A stretch of DNA of 64,000 nt from Octopus vulgaris (Eukaryota): assembly GCA_951406725.2 (NCBI GenBank), contig OX597834.1, positions 17,732,001-17,796,000 of the forward strand, given 5' to 3'. Under the pieces are notes generated by a model. That model made no database searches. It saw nothing but the letters and a program-made list of their open reading frames with translations, and was not told where the DNA came from. The number at the start of each line of letters is the position of its first letter. Positions within the stretch are counted from its first letter, which is position 1. Position numbers and translations under genes: made by a program. Shown here in pieces: positions 27,163 to 40,249 of this stretch.

Positions 27163-28159
27163 GATTTATACCCATTATGTTAGTTTCATTATCATCATCA
27201 TCGTCATAATTTAATGTCTGTCTTCCATGCTGGCATGGGTTGGATGGTTTGACAGGAGCCTGCACCAGACTTCTGTGTCTGTTTTGGTACAGGGTTTATG
27301 GCAGGATGCCCTTCCTAACTCCAAACAACCAGCAGAGTAGATTGAGTGCTTTTTATGTGGCATAAGCACAGGCAAGGTCAGTTTTGGCATGGCTTTTACA
27401 GCTGGATACCTTTCCAAATGCCAACCACTTTACATTGTGGACTGGATGCATTTTAAGTGGCACCAGCACTGGCAGGATCACCAAGTAACTTGCAAGACAA
27501 AGATCCTTTGAGAGGAGAAAGGGCATTGGAGGAAGTTATCTTGTGTCAGATAATGAAAGGTTACAGTGAGACAGCAAGACAGAAACAGGTGTCTTGCTGT
27601 AGGGGAGGTACATGGTTAACTGTCCAGAGAGAGAGAGAGAGAGAGAGAAGAATGAGGACAGAAACAGGTGTGCTGTTGTAAAGGAGATACATGGTTACCC
27701 AGCCTGAGTGAAAAGCAAGACGAGAGAGTGGGAGACAGTAGGAGTGCAAGAGAGAGCAGGAGAGAGATGGTGGCAAAAATACTGAACATACTCGCAAGAG
27801 ACAGGTATCAGAATATAAATGGGATGGTTGAGTAAAAGAAGAGAGCAGTAGATGGTGACAAGAGCCAGGGGCATACCCTTGAGGTACAGAGGTCATAATA
27901 TAAGTGGCAGGGCATTGCCAAAGAAGCATGAGTAAAGAGTAGGGTGGGGGAATGCAGTGAGTGGTGAAAAACCTGGGTATATAAAGTGGGTGAGGGGCTA
28001 CTGGATAGCAGTGATACAGTGAGCAAGGCCACTGGATTGAGGAGTGAGAGGTAAGCATAGTGCATGAAAGAGATGTGAGGAAGAGAGGAGATATAGTTTG
28101 GTTGGTTGGGGTAGGGCATGTGAAAAGTGGAACACTCAGCACTTTTAGAACTCAGTTCT

Positions 28160-28640
28160 GCTGATGTGGGTGGGTCTTCTCAAGAACCTCATATTACCAG
28201 ACACCATATCTCGGTCCATTGTCATTTCCTCCATGAGGCTCAACATACTGAGATTGGTCCTTACTACTTCATCTCCTGTCTTCCTGGGTCTCCCACTTCT
28301 GCAGGTACTTTCAGTGATTGGCACTTCTTTATACAGCTGTCTTCATTCATATGCATCACATGTCCAAACCAACGTAGTCTTCTCTCTTGCATGCTGTAAT
28401 TGATTCCTTTTATGCCTAACTTTTCTCTCAATACATTTGCACTTTATTGTACATGCACACTGATGTTGCATATCCAATGGAGCATACTGCATTCATTTCT
28501 CTCCAGTCTATGCATGTCTTCCATATTCAGAGCCCATGTCTCACTACCATAGAATTTAGCTGTTTGCACACAAGCATCATACAGACTACCTTTCACTCTG
28601 AGAGAGAGTCCTTTTGTTGCCAACTTCCTCCATCCTAATC
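28160..28640 (-). mobile_element. RTE-clade LINE ORF C-terminal remnant
   Basis: It translates ESIVSRIRLGWRKLATKGLSLRVKGSLYDACVQTAKFYGSETWALNMEDMHRLERNECSMLHWICNISVH...GRPRKT. Confidence 0.85.
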
Positions 28641-28662
28641 TTATTCTAGAAACAATACTTTC

Positions 28663-28895
28663 ATCATCATCATCATCATCGTTTAACGTCTGTTCTCCAT
28701 GCTAGCATGGGTTGGACGGTTCAACTGGGGTCTGGGAAGCCTGAAGGCTGCACCAGGCAGTGTTTCTACAGCTGGATGCCCTTCCTAACGCCAACCACTC
28801 CGTGAGTGGGTGCTTTTTACGTGCCACCAGCACAGGTGCCAGACGAGGCTGGCAAACAGCCACAATCGGATGGTGCTTTTTACGTGCCACCGGCA
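28663..28895 (-). mobile_element. Family C repeat
   Basis: Same motifs as 2936-3160. Confidence 0.8.
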
Positions 28896-29280
28896 CAGAG
28901 GCTAGTTATATTGTAAAATTATGCGACTAATAAAATTATAAGAATTTCTTTATTTTATCCCGTTATTTTGAAATACCTTCTTCTATTGATTTGATTTATT
29001 TCTTTTTGTTCATTTACTGGCCTTTAATTATTGGTGCTCATAACTTTTGGCTTGCAATTGAGCTCTGGTCTTCACCTACCATTTTGATTACTGCAGCTGC
29101 TCCTCCAACCTTGCTGACTGCAAATCATCCTCACCTAAACCACTTTGATGTACCATCTTGTCCTACTGCTATCACTTCTACTGTGTCTTGTTTTTCTGTT
29201 TCTGATCTAAAATTTTACTCAACTTTTTGCCACAGAACTAAATTTCTAAAGGAACACTTTCTTTTGAAATAAGTAAAACT

Positions 29281-29500
29281 GAATATTGGTTTCAAATTTT
29301 GGCACAAGGCCAGCAATTTTGAGAGAGGGGTTAAGTCAATTACATTGAACATAGTGTCCAACTGGTACTTATTTTATTGACTGCGGAAGGATGAGAGGCA
29401 AAGTCGACCTCTGCAGAATTTGAACTCAGAACTTGAAAATGGACGAAATACCGATAAGCATTTTGCTTGATATGCTAACAATTATGCCAGATTGCCACCT
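29281..29500 (-). mobile_element. SINE family A (tail A2)
   Basis: It runs ggtttcaaattttggcacaaggcc...gaatttgaactcag...gccacctt. Confidence 0.8.
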
Positions 29501-30908
29501 TAATGAAGCTGAATATTAACAATACTAACCATAACTAATTCTTTAGCAAAGTCTAGGAGGACCTGAAAATGCTATGGGGTTTCTGACTTATAAGAAAATA
29601 CATTAGCATTGTACTAAATCAGTTTTATTTCATGACATTCAGGCATTAAGGTTTTCAGAGTCAAGCATATGAATCTGTATTCTTTTTTTTAATGATCTAA
29701 CCATAATTCCTCATTTCTTGAAAACAAATATGTCAAGTCACTGGTGTGTATATTAAATCTGACCACGTTCTGTCAGATCTGAACATGAATATGATAACCT
29801 GTTGTATTTTGCTGTGGGAGAACGTGTTCTCTCTTCAGACGTTGTTTGTTGATGGTACACTCCATTCAATGTGCGTGTGTGTGTGTGTGTGTGTGCGGGG
29901 GACTTTGATGTCAAGAAAGGTGTCTAGTATGTTTGTCTCCTACTTTAACTATTTGTAAATATCATTCATTTTTGGTGTGATGTAAGGTTCAGGGGCTGCT
30001 ATTCTTCTGTGATTTTCTTCACAGAGGGATAATTTTTAACGATTAAAATTGTCAATGTTGTCGCTATAGTTGGATAGATTTGGCTTCTGGAAGTTAAGTA
30101 TCATATATTGACAAAGACATACTACTGAAAGGACATGAACTCTTCATTCGTTTGTAGATCGACTGCAACTATCAATGTTTTCTGTTGTACAGTTAGTATT
30201 TCGCAGGAAGAAACACAAAAATTAAGTGATATACACAAATTTAAATATGAACCGTTACGCAAGATATTCAAGGTAGCTAATTCTATTATTAAACGAGAAG
30301 AGTTATTTCCCTTACCATGGAATTTATTTTTATTATATTTTATAATACGGGCGTTTATAATAATATATAAGCATTCAAATTACATATACTTAACTTTGAT
30401 TAGGATTGCTGCCAATCGAAAGGATAATTATTTTGGATTCCGAGTGAAATCAACTTTGCAGTTTTGGTTAGAATCACTTAGTAGTTTCCTTGGAAAGCCT
30501 AATTATTACAATCTTTTCATTTTCCTCTGTCTAAAGCATAGTCGCTATGCTTAAAATGGTTTTTGATGTTATCTGTTTGATAATTAAAATGCAGTTATCA
30601 ATTACTATTCTGCTCAAATAACCTTGAGAAAAACATGACTATAATGATCAAATTTCTAAATAATCAGTTTTTTTACACTTCAGTTATCTCAAAAGCTTGG
30701 ATCGGTTTTGATCAATATTGAAGTGTACAAATAAATTGCTGACAGTTTGTGATGCAAAAACATTGGTATGAATGTAATGTTGCTTTCTCTTTGTTTATTT
30801 CAATGGCAATAGGAATTTCTTCAGCAAGTGTATGTAATGAAGCTTAATTATTCTAATGATAGAAATAGCAAAGAGAAGTGCAAAAACTTACTTGAAAATA
30901 TTGTTACA

Positions 30909-31657
30909 CAGGCATACCTCACCCTGCATCATCAATTGGTTCCGAGAGACACGAGTTAAGTTGAATTAACTTATCTCTTGGCTAGGCTAGGCCGAATTTA
31001 CTTGTCTCTGGGTTAAACCAATAATAACTATTTCCAGTTCTGTACTTTATTTATGAATACATTTTCAATAATACATGGTTAATAAAAACTTATTTTAAGC
31101 TTTCAAACAAATGATTTTTATTTTTTAATACAGTACAATAAAAAAAAATTATCTAAATTTATGAATACAATTTGGCAGTGTTTACTGTATATCGCGGATG
31201 CTTTATTTATGAATGCGGTTTGCAATAAGACATAGTAAAATAAAGGCCTTTTTTAAGCTTAAAAAACAAATTCAATAATTATTAATTACTTTGCAATAAT
31301 AAAAAAAAAAACTAAATTATTTAAAATTTACTACATTACATACAATTTGATGATTTTGTATTTTCATGATTTCGTACACTTAGCTACTCTACTTTATGAT
31401 GTGTATCTTAACATTTACTGTATGTATTTTCATTTGATTTTATATGCTTTTATTCTTATTTATTGTACAGTAATATGATTTGATGTGCTTTTAATGGTTT
31501 TGTAGTGATTTTATGATTCCAGTATTTGTGACGGACAGACGTAAAGTCGAATAAAATGACTCCATTTGATTTCTATTTTCCCATATATTATTTTTGAAAA
31601 CCGACGTATAATCGAGAACAACTTGAATCGAAACAAACTTAAGCCGAGGTATGCCTG
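30909..31657. mobile_element. pogo/Tigger-like non-autonomous DNA transposon
   Basis: TIRs are caggcatacctc (30909-20) / gaggtatgcctg (31646-57). The right flank is TA and the left flank is CA (a probably mutated TA). The AT-rich interior is non-coding. Confidence 0.7.
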
Positions 31658-32029
31658 TACTTGGGGATGGTAACTTTTTTTTTTTTTTTGCCAATTAAAC
31701 ACATGCACTTCTTATAAGATCTTCACTTCAGTTTTTATTTGTATTATTTTTGGTTTATTTGTCTATCAAAGTTCTTTCGTTACACATTCTGTAACTTCAT
31801 CAGTGACCCTCTGTCTCATGTGTATCCTCTTTTCCTGCTTATTCACAGATAAAATCTAAAGTGAAGATCAAATAAACTATGCATATGTTTAATTGGCCAA
31901 TAAAAAGGACCATCCCAAGTATAACAATATCTATTTCAAAACACGTTTTCACATCAAGAATATTGCAAAACAAATACATATATGTTGCTTGAAACTATTT
32001 TCCCCACTATCTAAAATGGTGCACAGATT

Positions 32030-32719
32030 GATGAAACCATTCTGCATGCACTCGTTCAGTGTCAGGGCATTACTGACTTGTGGGGTCATTTTGAACAGCT
32101 GCTGTCACATGTGGGATGGATCTATCTGTCGGCTGAGTCTGAGTGATGATCACCCTACCGCCCTCCTTCAATCAGGCAGGCAAGGCAGTTTTCTTTGCCT
32201 GGTGGCTGTGGTGAAAGTTGTTGCTTAGTGGACAAGGCTGAAAGGCATGAGGACAGATACATTCCTCTTTGGTAGAGCTCTCATTGACTTTTTCAAGTTT
32301 CACTTGAAAAGGAAATTGGGAGTGGAGAGAGAAGTGCTGTCCTCAAGTGAGTTTATTGAAAGGCGGGTGAAAGTTGCAAAAATGACAAGAGTGGATGGTA
32401 CCTCTCTCAGTGTAGACCTGTAAGTTGGAGAGAAAGAATTGGAGAGGGCACTTGCCCTTGGTGTTCAGGGAAATCTTGGACAGTGGGGTTCCTTGATTAT
32501 CCCTTGAGGTCTTCCTGTATCAGGAGGTCTATACGTCTATTATCTTCCCCACCACCTTTTTTTAAAAACTTTTGTATGCTATGTATATGTCCCTTCTTTT
32601 TCAGTGTATACTTACCTTTTTTTTTGTATCAGTTCATTATATGTAAACTCCCACACTTTATGTCTCTCTTTGTATTGTACTCCCTCATCCTTCACTCTTG
32701 TGGCAAATAAATGAAATTG

Positions 32720-32750
<31 letters not shown>
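32030..32750 (+). mobile_element. Tx1/L1-like LINE 3' end (ORF2 C-terminus plus T-rich 3' UTR)
   Basis: Disrupted frames read HALVQC, FLCLVAVVKVVA*WTRLKG and LIDFFKFHLKRKLGVERE. The UTR ends with aataaa followed by (tta)n. Confidence 0.55.
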
Positions 32751-32753
<3 letters not shown>

Positions 32754-32965
32754 GGTGAGCTAGCAGAATTGTTAACACACCGGACAAAATGCTTGGTGGC
32801 ATTCCATCTGTCTTTACATTCTGATTTAAATTCTGCTGAGGTCAGCTTTGCCTTTCAGCTGTTTGGGGGTTGATAAAATAAGTACCAGTTGAGCACTGGG
32901 GTCAATGTAATCGACTTACTCCCTATCCTAAACTTACTGGCCTTGTGCTAAAATTTGAAACCATA
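32751..32965 (+). mobile_element. SINE family A (tail A2)
   Basis: It has the family A head and core, with an A2 tail followed by (aat)n. Confidence 0.8.
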
Positions 32966-32974
32966 ATAATAACC

Positions 32975-33009
<35 letters not shown>

Positions 33010-33084
33010 CAGTTATCATTTCAGTTACAAGAAATCCATCTCAACTGGTAAACTGACTTTAGTTTTATAAATTTACTGTTGCAG

Positions 33085-33221
33085 AACATGACCCTGATAT
33101 CTTATCAAGTCCAACTAATGAATCAAATTTCCAAAAACGAAAACAGAGAGGAAGACAAGTACTCTTTAACTTATCGAAACAGTTTAAGTCCAGTAGGAAA
33201 AAGATGTCCCAGTTAGACAAG
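33085..33221 (+). CDS. KCNH8: Elk/KCNH8-like K+ channel exon (N-terminal linker; probably exon 4)
   Basis: Boundaries are ttgcag| and |gtcagc. It is 137 nt, phase 1/0, and bridges the flanking exons in frame. It translates EHDPDILSSPTNESNFQKRKQRGRQVLFNLSKQFKSSRKKMSQLDK, which resembles the Elk-specific RRRSRAVLYHxSxHL linker. Confidence 0.82.
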
Positions 33222-33689
33222 GTCAGCCATCTTTATATTTCTTATTGGTCCATAAAAGTGTGTTTACTAAATGAGATGTTAATTTTTCAGGTTTTCATTT
33301 ACTGTAAGTTGAGGGTATTATAATGCTATCTACTCACATTTTTATTATACTGACTAAGCTCAGTTCCAGACATCAAGTGAATGCAAATAAAAACAAAAAT
33401 AAAAATGTATAAGATAACATTATTGAGTGACAATTTCAAGGCGCCATAAAGAGAAATGAGTGCATATCAGAAGAAGTAATGCTGGCAAATTTCTGGAAAC
33501 AAGGAATTTTTATAGGATACAGTATCCTGATATCCTGACAGCTGCCAACTGATGCAGGTAGTTTATTCCATCCTTCAATAATTCTGAGTGTGCAAAAAAA
33601 GAAGCGATAAATAGAATGAGAGAGAGGGAATGCAAATGTCCCTAAGCCCTGGTATCCCTTTTTTTATATAGGTTAGGTGAGGTGTGGGA

Positions 33690-34085
33690 ACATGTGTTGT
33701 TGTGGCACATTGCTGCATTCACCATTTGGTGGTATATTCCCCCTGGTTCTCCTGGTTGACCTATCAAGCAGAGTCCCAGTTAGTCCTCATCTCCTCAAGA
33801 TACTTCCTCATCTGCTGTGACCATGTGGTCAACCAACTTGAGCTGTCGACCCTGACAAATCCTCAGTGAGGAGACCACTGTAAGTAGGATTGAACTAAAA
33901 AAATCAAGCAACAGGGTCAAACAGTCTGAGCTGGCACTCCTGAATCATACAAATGCATTCCAGTCTTTCAGTAGAGCCATTCATTGGATATAAATTTCAA
34001 CTTGTGGTCCTAGACAGTGTTCAAGTCTCACACCTATAGAGCAGGACAGGGATGAGCAGAGATCTAAAGACCTGAACCTTTAGCA
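33690..34085 (-). mobile_element. RTE-like LINE remnant
   Basis: It contains the motif KVQVFRSLLIPVLLYRCET*TL. Confidence 0.65.
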
Positions 34086-34599
34086 CCCCCAGGCCACGAG
34101 CAGAGATGGAATGCTCATGGAGGGTGTATAATGATTGCACAGTGGGGGTGGGGTTGATGTGAAGCCGAGGAAATTGTGTATAAGGATGAAGTGACGACCA
34201 GTGCTGACAGAGCAGCAGCAATGACACATCCACTGATAATGGCAGTGGCATCAAATAGCAGAGAAATGGAACCACAACAGCTGCTTTGAGAGTTACTATG
34301 ATCGGAACTGATGTTAGGGAGATAACTCCATCCTGCCTCAAAAACCACCTGCATTTGGCGTTCCAAATGTATATCTATTGTTTACAAAACCAACTGACCA
34401 TGACGTCTTCCTCTCTCCAGTTGTGGAGGGCTTATATGTCTTCGTCCATTTGAATTGAGAAGTTACTATAGGCACTTTATAGCTGTGAAACCAATGGTTA
34501 TTCTGTGACTGGCCATAACACTCAACTTCCTAAAAATATATTACTGCTCTAATGTTTTTTGGACATACAAACTACTGATGATATATATATATATATATA

Positions 34600-35390
34600 T
34601 AGTTGAAATTTAATGAAAAACAAAAGACGAAGGCAGGTGTATTAATTTGATGCTTTGGAAGGTGAGAAAGTCTTTTATGTTTCAAGCCTACAGCAGAAAG
34701 GAACATGAGAAAATAGAGAGAAAATAAAAAAAAAAACTTTTGAAGTTAGCAGTCAATCATGGCAACTGGCTGGACAAAGGTAGATAGACTGGAAAGCTAG
34801 GAAGAAGGGGAGATAAAGTATTGGTGATCCCAAAATGAATGAGTGTGTATATGTGAGTGTGTGTGTGTGCGTGTGGATAGGGGCTGGTGACTTTGACATG
34901 TGGATGTGTGCGTGTATGCATCTGTAATGTGTGAGTGTGTGGATGATGGTGTGGGTGCTGGGAAGTGGTCAGTGCTAGTGTGTGCAGGTTGGTGTTGGGG
35001 TGTAGGGATGTGAGGGTGGGGTGTGGGTTTGGGGTGAGGTATGTGGGATGTGTGGTGGTGGGGTGTAGATGGAGGGGGTATTGATGAAGAGAGAAGATGG
35101 GTAGGAGTGAAGAGAGGAAGTAGGTGTCAGGGCAAGAGAGGAGAGGAGAGGTGAGTAGGAATGAAGGGAGGAAGTAGGTGTCAGATGAAGAGGGGAGAGG
35201 AAGGGAATCCGATGAAGAGGGGAGGCGAGTTGAGCCCATGTGGTGCAAAGGAGTGAAGAGAGAAGACTAATTCCTGCTCATGGCAAAGGTGGAAGTCTGG
35301 ATGGCCCCTGTGCAAAGACAATCTGAATACAGACAGGTGTTGTAATGAATGACTGGTAGAGTGGAAATGGTGTGAGACCAGGGTGTCATT
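34600..35390 (-). mobile_element. Penelope-like element 3' part (GIY-YIG endonuclease C-terminus plus pyrimidine-rich 3' region) ending at (TA)n
   Basis: The - strand at ~35390-35215 reads VSHHFHSTSHSLQHLSVFRLSLHRGHPDFHLCHEQELVFSLHSFAPHGLN, matching the PLE motif HF....HS..L.V....EQ.LIF.L....P.GLN. The element ends in a TA microsatellite. Confidence 0.75.
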
Positions 35391-35753
35391 GCTGAGTGGA
35401 GAAAGCTGTTTATTAGTATGTAACAATTACTAAAAGTACTAAAAGAAAGCAATATTAAAAGCTTGACCGTCTGGAAATATTTTTATAACTTCATGTTCTA
35501 AGAAATTACCTATAATTTTGATTTCTGAAATTTATTGAATGTTTGTAACTTCAAATTTCCGCAAATTTAAATGTTCATTACATTCACTGCGTTCAATTCT
35601 TCATGAATTTAAATATTTATTGCATTCACTGCAGAATAGATTTTAATGTTTAATAAACACTATTAATTTATTGCAGGCAACATTTTACATTTTTATTTGC
35701 AACAGTCTCTTATTCTTGTTTACTTCTATTTTCATTAATGATAATTTAATAAT

Positions 35754-36020
35754 AGCTATATAACTTTGATACGAGGCACAATTTCAAGAATATTTTCAGT
35801 TTCCGGAATTTGTTAAATGAATATTTTTGATAAAATGAAAATTTTTTAATATACCATTATGATTTTTAAGTGATTTTGTGTTGAATGAATGCATGCTATT
35901 ACTCAAAACAGCTGTATAACTTTGATACAAGGTACAATTTCCAGAATATTATCAGTTTCCAGAGTTTGTTAAATGAATATTGTTGATAAAACAAAAATTC
36001 TTTAATATATTGATATAATT
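35754..36020. repeat. Local direct duplication (~110 bp, period 156)
   Basis: agct(a/g)tataactttgatac(g/a)agg(c/t)acaatttc... occurs at 35754 and 35910. Confidence 0.8.
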
Positions 36021-36433
36021 TTTTCTTCTAAATGAAGAAGCGATTTTGCTGGTATGGCTATTTGGAACGCTGTAAGCCTTACAATAATAACTATGTGATC
36101 GCTGCTATTTCTAGCATGCTAAACAAGATAGTTTTTGATAAGCTTTCATTTATATATAATATGTGACCGAAAAAGAAAATTTAGCAGCAAAGGCAAAGAG
36201 ATTATGACTGATAAAATAATGAAAGCAATATTTACTAAGCAAGTGAGCACTGTTATACAAAGAAATAATTATATGTAAAATATCATAAAAATTATTAAAA
36301 TTGGAAATTAAATGTGAAAATATTATCAAGTGTTTTGGCATGGCTTTTATGATTGGATGCCCTTCCTAACACCAACTACCTTACATAGTGTACTGCTTTT
36401 TATGTGGCACCAGTATTGGTATATGTGTGTGTG

Positions 36434-36720
36434 AGGGTGCATGGCTTAGTGGTTAGGATGTTGCATTCACAATCTGGAGATCGTGATTTCAATTCCTAGA
36501 CTGGGCGGTGTGTTGTGTTCTTGAGCAAAACACTTCCTCTCACGTTGCTCTGCAATTACTTTGACACCTGATTTGTGGTACATTGTGCACCTGTTCAGAC
36601 AATATCAATGGAGAGTTAGCTAATGCTACACAAACATTTGATCACTATAAACAAATCATTTGTGCAGGTCATTCAACAAAAGTTGAACACTTATATGTTG
36701 TCTTCGATAGGAGAGTCCAT
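36434..36720 (+). mobile_element. tRNA-derived SINE family D
   Basis: It has an A box (tggcttagtgg), a B-box-like gatttcaattcct and gtgttcttgagcaaaacactt. A related copy lies at 43880-44100 (-). Confidence 0.65.
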
Positions 36721-36749
36721 CATCATCATCATTATATATATATATATAC

Positions 36750-36891
36750 AAAAAATAAGCAACAAGAATGAATTCGGTAATTTAGTACAATTGTTTCATA
36801 CTACAACATTTTATTAAAAGCTTTTAATAAAATGTTGTAGTATGAAACAATTGTACTAAATTACCGGATTCATTCTTGTTGCTTATTTTTT
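36750..36891. repeat. Spacerless palindrome with 71-bp arms
   Basis: It is centred on aag|ctt at 36820/36821, with a single mismatch (T36774 against G36867). Confidence 0.93.
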
Positions 36892-36991
36892 TATTATAAT
36901 CACCCCGCATATTTTTATGGGTAACACCATACAAAATTCTGGTGCATCTAAATTAAGTACCATATTCATTTGAATCTAAATTGTTGCTGAA

Positions 36992-37048
<57 letters not shown>

Positions 37049-39899
37049 CTTAAACTCATACATGCAATTCTGAGCAGGCCTCACACTGTTATTACACTGA
37101 CTGAATGCATTTCCATGTATCAAATGTGTGTAGATGTATGCAAAATAAATAAATGAATAAGTAAATGAATAAATAAATAAAATAAAATGACATAATAAAG
37201 AAAGAAAGAATAAAAGCTATAATGCAAACAGTATTGGATATACTTGGCATTAATTGTTAATCTCATTTCAATGAATGAATTACGAGGAAACAATGCTCCG
37301 TCACCAATCGCCTGTAATCAAACAATGAAAAAAAGAACCTATAATTGATTAATTACATCTTAATCTTTCACCTAAATACACAAGTCATAAAGCTGCTGTA
37401 GAAGTAGTAGTGGTAGTAGTGACAGTATGGGTAGTAGTGATGATATTCTGGTGGCGTTTTGGTTATGGTGTTACTAGTTGTGTTGTGGATGTGCTCTGCA
37501 TGATAGTGTTGCTGATAGTGGCTTTGGGTGAGGGTAGTATTAGTGGTTGTTGTCTGTAGATTATATCTGGTGGACGTTGTAGCGATGATGTGGTGTTAGT
37601 TAAGTTGTGGTTATATTGTTAGAATAATGATGTAGTTGTCGCATCATGTTAGGTTCATGCTGGAGCATTTTTCGTAGCAGGGAGATGTTGGTGGTAGTGG
37701 TGAACCAGAGGTTATACTGCTCTTTGTTGCCATGAGGAAAATAATAGGCTGAGTTTTACAACCATACAAAATGTTTTGACCTGTTTGCATAGTGTAAAGG
37801 ATTGACCGAGAAGCATTGAAAAGAGCAAGAATGCTGTGTATTACTGGTATTTACTGACTCTGGAAGGATGGAACCATAATGAACATTCATAGGATTTATA
37901 TAGAACTAGCTTCCAGTTCAACATTTTACTGTCTTGGATATCTTAATTACCTTCAACAAGTCTAACAACAATAATATTCAACAAAACCTGTAACAAACGA
38001 AATAGATGTGCCTTTCAAACACAATTCCTATGGTCCTCTGAAATTGTTGGCATCATGAGAATTTAAATAATAATAATAATATCAACCAATTTGGTCTTTA
38101 AATTAGGTGGTGAAATGAGCAAGGTATGAGAATTTAGTTTTTCTTTCAAGTATAAGCTGTTAAGAAACAGTTAAAAAATGTGAAATAAGTGATAACAGCA
38201 GCAACAACAGTAATAAATAGTTCAACTTTAATATAGGGATCAAATAACAATATTGATAATTTCTGAACCAGGTTTGAATTCTTAAGCAAGCAGAGTTAAG
38301 TATCTTGCATTGATTGAGATACAGCATGATGTCTGCAATAGAATTGAAGCTGACAAACCTAGGAACCAGGATTCTAGAATCTTATGCATTTAACCATTAT
38401 AATTTTCAACCGGGCATTGGTTGGCATAAAAAAATAAGAACACTTAATAATTCTTATTATAATGATTGATTTAGAATTATTGTGGTTGTAGTTAAAAATT
38501 ATCATAATGTATCAATTCAAGAAACGCGCTGTTGTGGATCCTACCGAAAATGTTATTGGGATGATGGATGAAATTGTAAGTACAATGGTTATATTATATA
38601 CATACGTGTGTGCGTTTTCTATAGTGAGTATAATGGTCACATTATATTGTATTTTATATATGCATATGTGTTTACACCAGTGAGCATAATGCATTTATGT
38701 GTGTGTGTGTGTGTGTGTGTACAGACATAGATGTATGGTTGAGAAGTTCTTTTTCCAACCATGTGGTTTCAGGTTCAGTCCTACAGTGAGGCACCCTGAG
38801 CAATTATCTGCTGCTATAGCCTCAGAACAACCAAAGTCTTGTGGGTGATTTGATAGATGGAAACTGAAAGAAGACTGTCATATGTATGTATATGCATGCA
38901 TGCATGTGTGTGTGTGTATGTGTGAGAACATCTGCAATTGATTGTACAAAAGTGCAGTGGCTGGTATTGTCATTTTCTCCCTTTGAAGCGATGTGGAATA
39001 AGTGACCCCTTACTTGAAAAACAAATAAGGGTTAGCATCAGGTAGCGGGTGGGTTTCATAGGCATATACTCTTTTATTGTAAGGCTCATGTTGAATTATC
39101 CTAGCATAGTATATGACAAGGCTGGAACTTTGAATTATAACAGGCTTCCTACACAGTATCCTTCTACTTAGTTTTACTCACAAAGCTTAGACTGATCTGA
39201 GTTTATGATAAAAGACACTCGCCCAAGATGCCAATCAGTGGAACCATTCCTATGACTGCATGATTGTGATTAGAATTTCATAACCTTTCACTCATAGCAA
39301 CATTGAATTACCATGCAATTACCATGCAGTTCATTACATGTGTGTGTGCATGTGTGTGTGAGAGATCAAAGTAGCTAGAATATACATATGTCTTTAAATG
39401 TCAGTGTTTGTGGTATACAATGTATAGCTAAAAAGTGTATATAAGTGAAATATGTGCATATTTGTTTGCTCTTCTGTATTTAAACATAGTTATAAATATG
39501 TATTTATGTGTGCATATCCTGTACACATGTAATTTAGCCACTGCTACCTTAAGTTTCATAAACAAAATTAGAAGCTGTGTTTGTATGTGCATGCAAGCGT
39601 AACTTTATGAGAGCTAGTGTATTTATGTTTACATGTATTTAAAATATATACGTATATACAAGTTTATGACAAGCGTATGTGTATGTAAAGAAGATTAAGT
39701 AGTTGCATTAATAGCCTTCTCTCCATTATCATCATTGTTTTAACCTCCACTCCATATATATGCATATGTCCGCTAATTGATGTAGATGTACTGATTATGG
39801 ACAGGTGCTCACTTGTCTGCATGTATATATGCACACACATGCATACAAACACACATTATATACATACCCCCACCCCCACCACATGCATATAATCTTTTT

Positions 39900-40062
39900 G
39901 GCTATAGGCACAAGGCTTGAAATTTTGGGGAGGGTTAAGTCAATTACATCAACCCCAGTATTCAACTGCTACCTAATTTATCGACCCTGAAAGGATGAAA
40001 AGCAAAGTCGACCTTAGCAGAATTTGAACTCAGAACATAGCAGCAGATGAAATACTGCTAAG
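39900..40062 (-). mobile_element. SINE family A (tail A2), 5'-truncated
   Basis: The core atcgaccctgaaaggatgaaaagcaaagtcgacc is present. Confidence 0.75.
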
Positions 40063-40249
40063 ACTCACGCACATATAATGTGTGTAATATGTAACTGTGT
40101 GTGTATGTGTGTATATCCTCAGATACATTTATATATGTATACATGTGTATACATACAAAATACAAAGTTATATCTTGAGATCGCTAGTGACAACAACACT
40201 CAAAATATATAACAGACTGGAATTGTATTGCTCCAAATGAGCTATATTC

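Noticed and set aside
27561-28142. Longest ORF in the track (193 aa), and similar ORFs at 2313, 34757 and 40386
   Set aside because: These are low-complexity translations of purine- or pyrimidine-biased repeat sequence with no domain motifs or splice support.
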